In this document: in pieces, positions 40,288 to 52,799 of the stretch
Numbering within the stretch: position 1 is the first letter of the stretch
Layout of the letters: each line of letters opens with the position of its first letter
Source: the human T2T-CHM13v2.0 reference genome, Homo sapiens
DNA: 64,000 bases
Assembly: GCF_009914755.1 (NCBI RefSeq)
Contig: NC_060933.1
Reading direction: 5' to 3' (one strand)
The notes under the pieces: model-generated
Seen by the model: the letters and a program-made list of their open reading frames with translations, nothing else
What the model was told of the DNA's origin: nothing
The model's database searches: none
Translations under genes and position numbers: made by a program

Positions 40288-40510
40288 AATGATGAATGAT
40301 TAAATCAGGCTAATTAACATATCTATCACCCCACTTGCTTATTATTTTGTCTGGTAAGACATTTGAAATTTACTAAGTTATTTTGAAATTTACAATATAT
40401 TATTATTATCAACTGTAGTTACCCTGCTGTACAGTAGATCTCAAAACTTATTCCCCATGTCTAACTGCAACTTGTACCTTTTGACCAGTAACTCCCCGTT
40501 TCCTCCCCCG
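40176..40510 (-). mobile_element. Short L1MA 3' end with internal (CA)n and 17-bp TSD
   Basis: 'ttttaattgacaaatt...taattaacatatctatcacc...gacatttgaaatttact...gtagatctc'; TSD tgactccttaactttta at 40159-40175 and 40511-40527; (CA)~15 at ~40250-40281. Confidence 0.92.
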
Positions 40511-41026
40511 TGACTCCTTAACTTTTACGGAAGTTGTTTTAGCACATGCTATAAGACAAGACTCTGACTTTGTGTTAACTGACAGGGCGAGAAGCTCTGG
40601 AGCTGAAGGCTCGGGTAGGTCTTATAGACTGGGCTCCCAAAGCTTTCTCTTTTCTCTGTCATTACTGAGTTAGTCTACACAGAGCTAATTGAGATGGGAT
40701 TGATTTTGTTTTAACCCATGACATAGGATTTAACTCATGATATAAGATGATCCATGACTTGTTCTCCTTGATCCTATCTTGTTTGTTAAGAGTTTGTATC
40801 AGGAAAGGTAGTTAACTTTTTAACATTGATTTATTAATATCTAATTTTCTATATTATGTCTAAAGAATGTGGCTTCTATTTCTAATTCATTGAGATTTCT
40901 GTTGTGTCTCATCCTGTAACAAAATCATGTTCTCATTGATTTATTTTTATTTTTATCATTGTTTAAGAGATCAAACACATTTTTAGAGCTTGTTATGAAG
41001 AGCAGCAGTCATCCCCCTACCCCTAA

Positions 41027-41420
<394 letters not shown>

Positions 41421-41639
41421 CCATGTCTCTCTTTATAACATATTTATTTTGCTACTTCTCACAATGGAAGCACAAAGACTTACTCTTCTGATTTCCTCAG
41501 ACACATACAGACACACAGACATACTCGGAGTTCTCACAGCCCCCAGTCTTTCCATTTTCCCCTGATATATTTATATATTTACTGGTAATGTTAGTTTGCT
41601 TTCTATTCAGTGTTTATGTTCTCATTTATTACATCAGTA

Positions 41640-42320
41640 CAGTTCACAGCTGGGGAGCACTTGGATGGGACTTATTGATTGTTGGTGTCCTTGCATTTTG
41701 AGTTGACTTGGCTGTTTCACTGGGAAACCAACCCTTGGAGGCTAAGACCTGGGTGACTGCATTGGAAGCTGTGCAGGGCAGAGGCTGGCAAGGAGGGGTG
41801 GTGGTGGTTGGTGTGTGCTAAATCCCTTTATTTCTGGTATGGTCCAGCACCCTTGCCCTCACCTGTATCTGATATCCCCTTGTCCAGAGCCTTCTGCTAT
41901 ACAGTCTCTAGAGAACAAACTTCCAATTTTATGTAGAAATTGGAGGAAGGCTGGGGAAGGGATGGGCTGTTGGCTGGCCACCTAAAGTAGAGGGGGGATC
42001 TTGGGGATCTAATTAGTTCTTAAACGACTTGCACAAATCCTTCTTTAGTCTGACCTTCACCTCCCCCTTACAGAGGTACCTGGTGCTGCCAATTTCTGAG
42101 TCTTTTGGGTGTTCTTCAGGGTAAATTGGGTTGTTCATGGCTTTTCCCACTGTCAGCTTAGAATTCCGCTTTCTTAGGTCTGCTAAGTCAATTACCATGG
42201 GCCATCTGCTTTCCAGCTTCCAAAATTGTGTTGCTGTTTTCCTTTCTCCTGCTCTGTTTGTTCTTATGAGTTTTTGTCTTTATGAAGCTCCCTTTACTGT
42301 CACTTTAATAAATGAAGATT
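41640..42320 (-). mobile_element. HAL1 (half-L1)-like relic
   Basis: 'gaggtacctggtgctgccaatttctgag' and 'tctgctaagtcaattacc...ccatctgctttccagcttccaaaattgtgttg' resemble recalled HAL1 consensus. Confidence 0.6.
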
Positions 42321-43258
42321 GTTAAGAGCAGTTTATGCAGATGCAAGCAACTCCCTGTCTCTTTAGTAGCTCATTTTTTCTCTATTAAACAAATGCTATG
42401 TCCTCATTTTAGAAAAGCTGGGAAATACAAGGTAGGCAAAGTATTTAAAAATCATCCATAATTTCACTTTCCACACATACCCATCATTAATATAATTTTG
42501 TTGTAGAGCTTTCAAGATACAAATATTTTTTATTTATTGAATATATTTTTAAAGAAATGGGAATATGATTTCCATACCTTTGGTAACTTCACTCAAGAGC
42601 ATCTTAATCTGGTCATAAATATAAATTTACTTTATTCTTCATACTATACTTAATTGGAGCAAGTAAAAAAGATTGTCTAGATACTTTTATAAATATGGTT
42701 TCAATGCTGAACGTAAATGTCAAAGATAATGCTGAAAGGAAAGATATATTAGTAAAAAATAATTTCAACTATATTCTTGCTTTTATCTACCAAACAGTAT
42801 TAAACAAAGGCTTAGGAAATGGGAGTAGGAAGGAGGTAGAGTAAATTCCTTCTTTTAGATAACGGGATGTTAAGAGATTCCATTTTATTTTCAATTTTGA
42901 TTACTAGAAAAACATACAGCTTAAAAATATTTTGTTTAACTTATGTGGTAAAGATAAGAGTAAATACAACGTAGAAAGAAAAGAGAAATTGCAATGAAAT
43001 GAATACAATACAAAGGAAAAATAAGAGCAGAAAATGAAAGGCAAAAATAATAATTTCTCATGTAATGTTTTCTTTTTCCTTCTGTATAATTTCTTGTCAG
43101 CCTCTTGCAAGTTAGTTAAGTTGATTGGACCATGATGCCAACAACGGTAAAAGCCAATTTTCTTGTTTTAAAAGTATTTCTTGTAGGAGTGACTCCAGTC
43201 AGTCATTTATAAAAATATATGCAATTTCTCCAAGAGTCTCTAGCAAACATGTGGATGA

Positions 43259-43578
<320 letters not shown>

Positions 43579-43689
43579 TGAAAGACATTCTTAAATCATG
43601 GAACAGTAGATTAGAATACACATCTTTTTCATTGTGAGTCAACTGTATTATGTTCTATATTTTAAAATAGGTGTTATATTGTGCACTTG

Positions 43690-43900
43690 TTTGCTGGGCA
43701 TTGCCAGGCACTTAAAAGGTATATACATAATCTCTAATCATAAAAATAAGGTCAAGGTATGTATTATCCAGTGCACTTATTATGTAAGGAAGCAAAGGCT
43801 CAAAAAGGTTAAGTAGCTTGTTCAAGTTTTCTTACTTAGTATGTAGCAAATTGTGGACTTGAACTAAGGTCTTCTGTTATCAAATTCTGTGCTCTTCTGC
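43690..43900 (-). mobile_element. MIR SINE
   Basis: 'gtaaggaagcaaaggctcaaaaaggttaagtagcttgttcaag...ggacttgaactaaggtc'. Confidence 0.75.
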
Positions 43901-44559
43901 AAGGGGCTACTTCCAACAGACATAAAGGTTCACTTACTTTTCCCCAATCAAATGATTAAGCTAAGCCCCAGTGCAATTCCACCTCCAAATGCCAATCTTG
44001 GAAAACTGTTTTTCAAGTTGTAATTATGTATTCCAATGCTTGGAAAAGCTTAGGGGGATGCCGCATTAAGCAATGATAAATAAACACTTCTGGGAGTCTT
44101 GTGAATGCTGGTGTGTATTGTGAATCATTAGAGGCAGTGCTTTATACCTAATTTTATCAAATTCCTTGACTATGAAACCCCTTTTGTTTCTGATTTTACT
44201 GGAATTGATTCACCTAAAATAGTTATATGGGGAACATTGGTTTGGGTCATTATGTTTCCAGTGATCATCACGCAGTGATCAATACTAAGTAGGATCAATA
44301 CTAAGTCTTGTAACTTCTTTCCTCCCAAAAAAAAGAAATGGAAAGAAGGAAGGTGGAAAAGAAGGAAAGAAAAAAGGAAGGAAAGAAAAAAGAGGGAAGA
44401 GAGGCTGCACCAATTATGGGCAATATCCTTTCCTTGGGGAAAGCAGTCACTAGGTTTTGCCATTGGAAGAGATTTTCTGTGGTTTTGGAAATCACAATAG
44501 ACAAATGATACAAGCTTTTAATGATTGGGGGAGTGTGTATTATTTAGCTTTATATCTAT

Positions 44560-44780
44560 AGTCCTTAATGCAGAGCCTACCACAGAGTCAGTGCTCAATA
44601 AATTAATGAACAAGTGAATAAATAAGTGAACAGAATGGCAAGTCTGAGGTGTGAAGTCCTTGGGTGACTTTGGGAACCTCACTTGGTCTCTCTGGTCCTT
44701 GTGGTTAAAAATGACAACACATCTTTTGTTGCAGGGTGTTGTGAGGTCTACACAGATGGTAACATCCCTACCACAGTGTC
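44560..44780 (+). mobile_element. L2 3' end followed by MIR fragment
   Basis: 'gtgctcaataaattaatgaacaagtgaataaat', then 'gtgactttgggaacctcactt...aaaatg...cagggtgttgtgagg'. Confidence 0.6.
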
Positions 44781-45538
44781 CAGGGAGAGTAGAAACTGAC
44801 CTCATCTCAGTTACCTTCCTTTTCTCTTCCAGGGGAAGACTTCATGCTTGACACTGGCAGATTATTTTAGGAATCCCTGTTTCTTGGGGACATTAGAGAT
44901 GAGGTGAAGATGTCCATAAATTAATATGTTCTTAGTATTCAATCATCTTTCTTTTATCTCAAGGATTTTCCTTTCAAATAAGTAGTCTCCGACCCATCCT
45001 GTTACACTTTTCTGCACAACACTCATATGCTGAGTATTGATCAAGACTCCAAAACATACAAACGCCTCCTCAACATAAGTATGGGGATTGATTTTATAGC
45101 CATCACCTAGCTGCTGGACAGCAAGAAAGTACTGCGTGATGCTTAGCTAGGAAAGTTAATGTATAAAAATAATGGGCTTGTCATTACATGGGCACCAAAG
45201 GCACCCCTTGGGAAGAGACAGGCAGGAAACAGTAGGGGTTGGGGCAAAGTTCATTGGCTGGCTTTTAATTATCACCACTTCTTTCTAAAAACTAACAGAA
45301 TCCATACAGATTTTGTGAATTTAACATTTTTATTCCACTAGGTTTCCTTTCTTTCTCACACCTCTGCTCCTAGTCATGTCGTATTACCAGGGATTGAAGC
45401 TTAGCTTGCTTTACCTTCTTCTGTTTGTTTAAAATTCTCTAAGAGAAGAGAGAGTAGTGGGCCAATGAACACCTAGTAATCCTTCAATGAAAGCAGTGGT
45501 TTTTCCTTTTTCCTGGTTTTTGGGTGGAATAATTCTGT

Positions 45539-45608
45539 ACTCTGTGTGTGTGTGTATAACTCTGTGTGTGTGTGTACACACACACATACACACCCCCCCA
45601 CACACACA
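45539..45608. repeat. Compound (TG)n/(CA)n tract
   Basis: actctgtgtgtgtgtgta occurs twice, followed by (CA)n. Confidence 0.9.
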
Positions 45609-46304
45609 AATGCCTTTAACAATAGACCAGAGACAGTGTCTGATTTCACACCTGATAAGCCCTACAAATGGAAGGAGGAGAAAGAGAGTTAATTTTAGGT
45701 GCTGAATGTGAATACTTTTGTTTCCCCTGGGACCTTGTATTCTGAGACGGTACACAGTTTGACTCCTCAAATTTCCTTAGACTTCTCAACTTGGTATTTA
45801 AGCTGATGGTATGTTGACGTCTCTCTCACCAGCAATAGCAAAACCGCCACTGCACATATTTCTTTCTACCTCTCTCTGCATGGATGGATTGCTTTCTTCC
45901 AAAAAGGTTTAGTTACCACAGGTTGGTGTTCTCTTGAGTGAGTCTTTTCATTATTTTTCTCAGAAAAGCGAGGGGAGAGGAGGGCTCTTGTTTGAGAGCA
46001 TGTCTATCCATTAAGACCCGATGAACCACATAACACGTAGGTTTAGTTTGTTTGGGGATCATAGTGTGTGCTCAGCCTGTCACTTGCGGGATGTCGGCCA
46101 AGTTCTCCTCATTCTGTTCTTGAGGCCTCCCATTGGCTGGCCTGCCCTCCGTCTCACCCATACCTCTTGTTCCCGCTCTGAGTCCTTCCTTCCCTCTAAC
46201 TTTGCTTGCTGACTCACCTCCCTCGGGGACAAGCTTTGGAAGTCGCAGAGCTCAGCTCTAAAGAACGTGAGGGGCTCAGGTGATCCCAGTTCCTCCTGTA
46301 GGAC

Positions 46305-46495
46305 TCGGTGTGGTGGAAAGACCCCTGGTTGTGAGTTAGAGACCTGACTCTCCCGCTTACTGTCCCTGACCCCTGAGCAAGCCTTGGTAGCAACACCCCA
46401 TGTTCAAATCTATAAAATGGAGGAATGACATGTGGATGGGTGTGTGGTTTTGTGAGGCTTAAAATAATAATCACTACAAAAGTAGTTTGCATTTT
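46305..46495 (+). mobile_element. MIR SINE
   Basis: 'ggtgtggtggaaaga...gagttagagacctg...tgacccctgagcaag...atctataaaatggagg'. Confidence 0.75.
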
Positions 46496-48623
46496 GAAAA
46501 GCCCTGGGCTTTCATAGCTATTATGGCTTAGAAGGGGGGAATGTACCTATTTACGTTCTTTTTCCACATCTCAGCAAACCCCACCTGCACTTTCACCAGC
46601 GTAATGAGATCCTTTCCACTGTCTCAGCCCTTCTTGGTTCTCTCTCTGATGCTTTACCCTGTTGCTCTGACCACACTGGTCTCTCCCTACTGGCAGACTA
46701 TGTTTCATCACTTTAACAAATTAGCATAGTTTTGTGTTTTAATGTAACTCCTCTGCTTGTATCACACAATAGATTGATTCTCCTCCTGACTAGTCTGAGC
46801 AGTGTCATATTCAGAAAACAGCTAGGTTCAAACTCTAAAATTAATTGAACATCTATTAGGTCATTACTATAATCTTTCTACAAATACCAAAGAGGGCTGA
46901 CTTTGCAGGACCCAAAAATGCCTCCTCCTCGTCACAGCATTACAGCATCTCTTCTCCTCCCTCAAAACTCCTTTTATAGCCATTATGGCTTAAAAGGGTG
47001 GATGTGCTTGGTTTTTCTTGGACCCAGGTTCGTTTTTTCCATCCTCCTGGGTCTATTTTCTTTTCTCTGTGAGTAGATCTCTACTCTACCAAAGATAAAG
47101 TTAGCCTTTCTGACCATTTGAGGGAAAAGAATAATTTTGAACCCTTCACAGTGCCTAGTACAAGGCTGTAATAGGCATGGGGTAGGTGCGCACTCAATAA
47201 TCGTATAGAATCCATCCCATAATAACCATGCAGAGAGTGCAATGAAGAAAGTCAGACTGATGGTGCCACAGTTCTTGGGTCTTGGGGTGGCTACAGGAGA
47301 TGAGATGGCTGTGTTCTTGGAGGCTGGAGAAATGTAAGAAACAAGAGCCTTCGTGACTATTTTGTGTTTCCAGCCTGGCAGCTGGCCAAGGTCTGCTGCC
47401 AACTCTGGGGCCAGTGGCAGGCGGAGATGTAGGACTCAGGCTCAGCCCCCGTGTCCTGCCCTCTCCTCCTTGGCCCTTCTCCATTGCACACTCTCCAGTT
47501 GGTGCTGTGACCAGGGCTTACATGGTTACTTTTTCTTGGAAAAGGAACCTCTTGAGCACATCTCCCACAATCTCAGTTTATTACCCAGCTAGGCCCTTTT
47601 CATCCCTTACATTTGTCAATAATTCCCAGTTTTCAAGCTAATTTCATTTACATTTTTTACGATATGATATTCAAAACAACCATGGAAAACAGAAAATACA
47701 GGGCTCTGAAATGGGACATTATCTCCTGTTCACAGATGAAGGAAGGGAAGTAGAAGCATGAAGTTTCTTTTGTCCCTTTCTGGCCACACAATGTCTTCCT
47801 AAAACCCTCTCTGGTATATACGTATCCCAGTCCTTTAAGTTTTTTTTAAATTTTTATTTCTTTGATCCATGAGTTATTTAGTTAATTAGTTTTTATAATT
47901 GACAAGAGACAATCTACAGAATGGGAGAGAATATTTGCAAACGATATATCTGATAGATTTACTTAGTTTTATCTACTACTTTTCCTTTTCTTTATTAATT
48001 TAATTGATGCCATGATCCATTTGTCCTATACCCTTTAGGTTCGTCAGCACTGGTCTGTCTTCACTGTGTACTCTCTGGAGAACAAAATCTCATCAATCTG
48101 AACTCATGGAGGGGGAGTCAGCACAGCATTCTGCATTTATTTTGAGAAATGCTTCTGTCTTGATGGTGTTGACAACGGCATGCCTGTTGGAAGCAGGGTT
48201 TGGGGGCACAGATGGTGACCAAAGGAGTGAAGATCATTTGGGAAGATTCTCCTCTTTGACATGTAACAGAGTGGAAGGCACACCTGGACTTTTATGGGGG
48301 GAAATGAAAGGGAAATCATTTCCAGGAAAGATGGGTCTTTAACCAGCTCCGCCCAGTCCATCTGGGCTAACTCTTAAACATGAGCCCTGCACCATTCACC
48401 CGTGGTTTTGTGAACATCATCTGGTTAAGATACTCAGGTCTGTACTTTAATAAGCTCGCCAAACCTGACACTGTTTGGGGTCCAGCTGTATTTTACTGTT
48501 TTTGCTTTTAAGATCAATGTTCCCAGGTTCAAACCATGAAAAGTAGATGGTTCCTTGAAGTCACGAGTCCTAACCTGGTAGAGTTTGGGCCTCATTTGAC
48601 CCCACAGATGTGTTTTGTTTAGC

Positions 48624-48758
48624 TTTCTTTTCTTTTCTTTTCTTTTTTTCTTTCTCCCTTCTGCTTCCCCTTCTCCTTCCTTCCTTCCTTCTTTCCTTCC
48701 TTCCTTCCTTCCTTCCTTCCTTCCTTCCTCCTTCCTTCCTTCCTTCCTTCCTTCCTTC

Positions 48759-48823
<65 letters not shown>
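48624..48823. repeat. Compound (TTTTC)n/(TTCC)n/(TTTC)n microsatellite
   Basis: ~200-bp polypyrimidine tract seen directly. Confidence 0.98.
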
Positions 48824-48824
<1 letters not shown>

Positions 48825-48933
48825 GTTAGTTTTCAACCTTTACAAAATGTGAGGTTTCAAGTAAAATTGTATTTATGGCATCTTTAGAAAAATTAACTTG
48901 TCCGGGGTCAGTGGGGTTGAATAACTGCATGTG

Positions 48934-49000
48934 AGTGTTTGGCTAGGACTAGCTAGTGTTTGGCCAGGACTAGCTAGTGTTTGGCCAGGACTAGCTAGTG
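48934..49000. repeat. 21-bp minisatellite, 3.2 copies
   Basis: agtgtttggc(t/c)aggactagct x3, then agtg. Confidence 0.97.
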
Positions 49001-49344
49001 GGGCTGTGGTGTGCCGCAGTCCTATAAGACTGCCTCCCTCATCTGTATTGCTTTCCTGGCCCCTGGGGGCACTTTGAGTTTCCCACCTCTTCTACCTAAA
49101 TGTCATTTTCCCCCAAAACTCTCTTTTTGAGCATGGCATTGAGAAACACAAAGATGGAATGTGAAGCTAGGGACTGAGGGGAGAAAAGAGGAATGGTTGA
49201 CAAGGAAATCTTTTTAGGTTTCATTGAACTTCTTTTCTTTCTATTCCCAACCTCTTCTCTCATGGGTAACTTACTTAAGACCAGTGTATTACAAAGAAGA
49301 GGCTGGAGGCATGCCAGGTTTGTTCTGTGAATGATAGGTTACAA

Positions 49345-49520
49345 GAGTGGTTCTTGACCTTGGTGCACACGAACTCCTATACAGTCATTTAGATGAGAAC
49401 ATACCAATGCCTGGGCTCCACTCTGGACCAATTAGAGTTTTTAAGGGTGGAACCTGAGCATCAATAATTTTTAAAGTTCCCTTAGTGGTTCTAATGTGCA
49501 TCCAGGTTGAGAACTGCTGG
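49345..49520. mobile_element. MER5A/MER5B DNA transposon MITE
   Basis: 'agtggttcttgaccttgg...atgcctgggctccac...ttctaatgtgcatccaggttgagaactgctg'. Confidence 0.85.
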
Positions 49521-50104
49521 GTTAGGCTTTTGACAAGGTTTATGGAGGATCTTTCGGGTCTTTGAGCTGAAGGATGTTCTTTACTATTTTGCTAGGTGGA
49601 CACAGAGAGGCATCTTAGATGAATCTTTCCAGGGTTAGCTGAGAAGACTTGAGGGCAGATGTCTTCTCCATCAAGTTAAAGGGTCCAGTCCAACATTTAA
49701 TTTCCTGCCACAGTGGGACTGGTACATTGGTCAAATGCCTCATCTAAGCTCATGAAACTTTTTCAAAGCACTAAGGATTCTTTAACTTACACTCTCAACT
49801 TCCAATAGAGCAGCAAAAATAAGTTATCTCCTACCCATCCCGAAATAAAATGTTAGAGCAAACCAAGACATTTTTTATTAGCTTTAAAACCAATGCCAGT
49901 AATACAAACCAGGAAATTTTATAGCTATATGTAGAGAAATAGGATCCGTGGACAGGGGTTGTATCTCAGGCACTAATTCTATCTGATTTTCAAATGCTAC
50001 TTTCACCTACACAGGTCAGAGCCGCACGTGTGAGTAATTCTCAGTGAGATGACTAACTGATATGTAGCTAATGGGTACCTCCTGCAACCGTAGATGGTAT
50101 ACTG

Positions 50105-50660
50105 CAGAGGTTTCAAATTCTGACTGATCATTTTAAATCCCTTGATCACTTTAGAAAAATACAGATACTTAAAGTTCCCACCTGCAGATATACTGCATCA
50201 GACTTTCTAAGGGCATGAGGCCTTGGGCATCTTATTAAGAAAAAATTACCCCCACCCCTCCCCTGTAAGACTTCTTATGTACTGCTGGTGGGATATAAAT
50301 TGGTAGAACCTTTTAAGAGGGACAGTTTGACTATATCTATCAAAAGCTAAAATGTACTTCCCTTTGAACCAGTTTGAACCAGCAATTCTACTGCATGTAT
50401 TGGATAAATTTGCACAAGTTTCAAATATATATGCAACTTTGTAATAGCAAAAAAAAAAAAAAAAAAAGAAAACAAACTAAACATTTGTTATAATGGTACT
50501 GGTTGAATAAATTAAAATACATCTCCACAATGGAATACTATACAGTTGTTACAAATAATAAATGAGATAATTTGGGAATAATCTATGTATGGTGGTATGG
50601 AAATATACCATGTATACGCATGTATATTTTAAGTGAAAAAATAAGTTGCAGAAAGACTTG
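50105..50660 (+). mobile_element. MER5-like fragment followed by an old L1ME fragment
   Basis: 'tactgcatcagactttct...gggcatct', then 'actgctggtgggatataaattggta...ccagcaattcta...acaatggaatactatacag'. Confidence 0.65.
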
Positions 50661-51328
50661 ATTATTTTGATCCCGTGCATGTATGTGTACACACACACAT
50701 GCATACATACACATATTTCAGCCTATAAGAGTACACATGCGGCTACACATCCATATTTGCATGCACATACACATGTGTATACACTGGTTGAACTGCCAAA
50801 GTTGGATTCTTGGGCCAAAGAAATAATCCTAGGAGCCTCCCAGGAGATATTCTGTGAATGTCCATTTTAACTGAAGAGAGAACCGCTGCTTTGGTCATGT
50901 TAAGGTAGCAACTAGATTGGTTTTGAGACCACCTTGAATGTCAAGAATTCATTGCCGTAGTTTCAAAAGTAGCACTATATTTATTTTTCCGGGCATTTTT
51001 TTTCCCTCTTTGCTTTCATGGATAAAGTAAATTCAGAAATATATTTTAAGAATAAAAGAGGTGATCTTGTTTTCCTGGTGGAAATAATATTTCAATGACT
51101 TTGACCCTATGCATTTTATTTCATAGATTTTTATTTTATTAAATAAACTGCTTTTTCCATTTTATCAATGTAAAGAGGAACTTTATGATGGTGACCATTG
51201 ATTTGAATCAATTGTTCAGTTTCAAGAAAGCAAGAGGCTTTGAGAAGGTTCTTGTTCTTATAAATAGTACATATGACATCAGATGGTGGAGGCACAACCA
51301 GTTTCTCATTTAGATTAAAGGCCTACCA

Positions 51329-52164
51329 AGGTAGCACTGTGAGAAATCTCATTTGAATGCTGTGTAAGTGGTGAGACACAACGGCCTGAATACGAGTGAG
51401 GAAAATGCCCGGGTCCTTTTATCAGTTTGGTGCGTTTGCTGCCGCTGTTGCTGCTGTTTGCCTCAAACACTGTTTAAACTGTTAACCTACAAGGTGGCTT
51501 TTATGTACAAAGTTGTTAATACATCCAGTTAATGATGTCTGACATGCTATTTTTGTAGGGAGAAAATATGTGCTAATAATAATTTTAGTTAAAATAACTT
51601 TAGGGGAAAATTTGCTGAAAATTTGCACTTTTGTTACAATGCTTATGCTTGGTACAAGCTTATGCTGTCTTTTGAAAAATATTTATTTATTTATTTATAT
51701 GAGATGGAGTCCCACTCTGTCGCCCAGGCTGGAGCGCAGTGGCGCGATCTCAGCTCACTGCAACTCTGCCTCCCGGGCTCAAGTGGTTCTCGTGCCTCAG
51801 CCTCCTGAGTAGCTGTGACTACAGGCATGCACCACTATGCCTGGCTCATTTTTGTATTTTCAGTAGAGATGGGGTTTTACCATGTTGGGCAGGCTGGTCT
51901 CGAACTTTTGACCTCAAGTGATCAGCCCACCTCGGCCTCTCAAAGTGGCTGTCTTAAATTTTATATATATATAAAAAATACTTTCTGTAAGAAACCAGCT
52001 GGTTTAGAAAAGTTTAGTATGTGAAGATAAACTAGAAGTTATCTTTATATTCTAGTATTTTCAGCACTCCATAAATTCCATTACCCAAGTATTGCCACAC
52101 TATTTTGTGATTTTTAAATTCTTACTAAGGAATACAAACTTTAATATATGATACAAATAAATTC
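51329..52164 (+). pseudogene. Probable 5'-truncated processed retrocopy consisting only of an mRNA 3' UTR
   Basis: Non-repeat, UTR-like sequence bounded by a 15-bp direct repeat with one mismatch (attaaaggcctacca 51314-51328 / attaaagggctacca 52165-52179). An AATACA hexamer at 52131-52136 is followed ~20 nt later by an A-rich remnant. From memory it resembles the CDV3 3' UTR; this is unverified. Confidence 0.7.
51672..51947 (-). mobile_element. 5'-truncated AluS inside the retrocopy
   Basis: (ATTT)n tail; the reversed Alu stops at 'ctcaaagtg'; 8-bp TSD gctgtctt at 51664-51671 and 51948-51955. Confidence 0.95.
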
Positions 52165-52319
52165 ATTAAAGGGCTACCATTTTCTTGACCCTGCCAACCC
52201 CTTCTCCTCTCCTTCTCCACTACCAGGTGATTGCGCACCAATGCAAGGGGTATGAAAAACTAAAGAGAGCAAATGGGTTTTGAGAAGTAAACGATTCATA
52301 CAAACTTTTATAATTTCTC

Positions 52320-52470
52320 TGAATAAACTCTGCAAGAAGCTATTACTATTCTTATTTTACAAATGAGGAAAAATATTGACAGGGACTTTGTGAGTTTCCC
52401 AAGGTCTCATCCAGTTCGCAAATGTCGGAACTAACATTGGGACTCAATAGGCCCATGTCTTTTCCACTGT
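52320..52470 (-). mobile_element. MIR SINE
   Basis: 'tattcttattttacaaatgaggaaaa...ttcccaaggtctca'. Confidence 0.7.
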
Positions 52471-52799
52471 CTCCACCAGGTAAGCCCTAAATTAATAATT
52501 TTTAATAATAATATTATCTTGGGTATGAAAACAACACAAGAGTCATTTTGTCAAGATTGGAGAATGTTGGTAGCAATTTTAAGTGCTAACCTTTTCCTGA
52601 CTGATTCCAATATATTTGTGTGTGTGTGTGCAGATCTTCCTTACGTTCTGTGAAATGGTAGCAGGTTAACATTTTAAAAATATTTTCTCTAATTCGTTTT
52701 GTCCCTTTGACCACTTTCCAATTCATTCAGGTAGACTGGAGGTATTGCTTGTCTTAGGGGAGGAATATTATGATAGCAATACTAGAATCTATTTTTGAT

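Noticed and set aside
48570-48887. Lys/Glu/Arg-rich and Phe/Leu/Ser-rich ORFs
   Set aside because: Artefacts of the (TTCC)/(TTTC) microsatellite.
48934-49000. CRISPR-like array
   Set aside because: Units are head-to-tail with no unique spacers, there are no cas genes, and the context is primate DNA.
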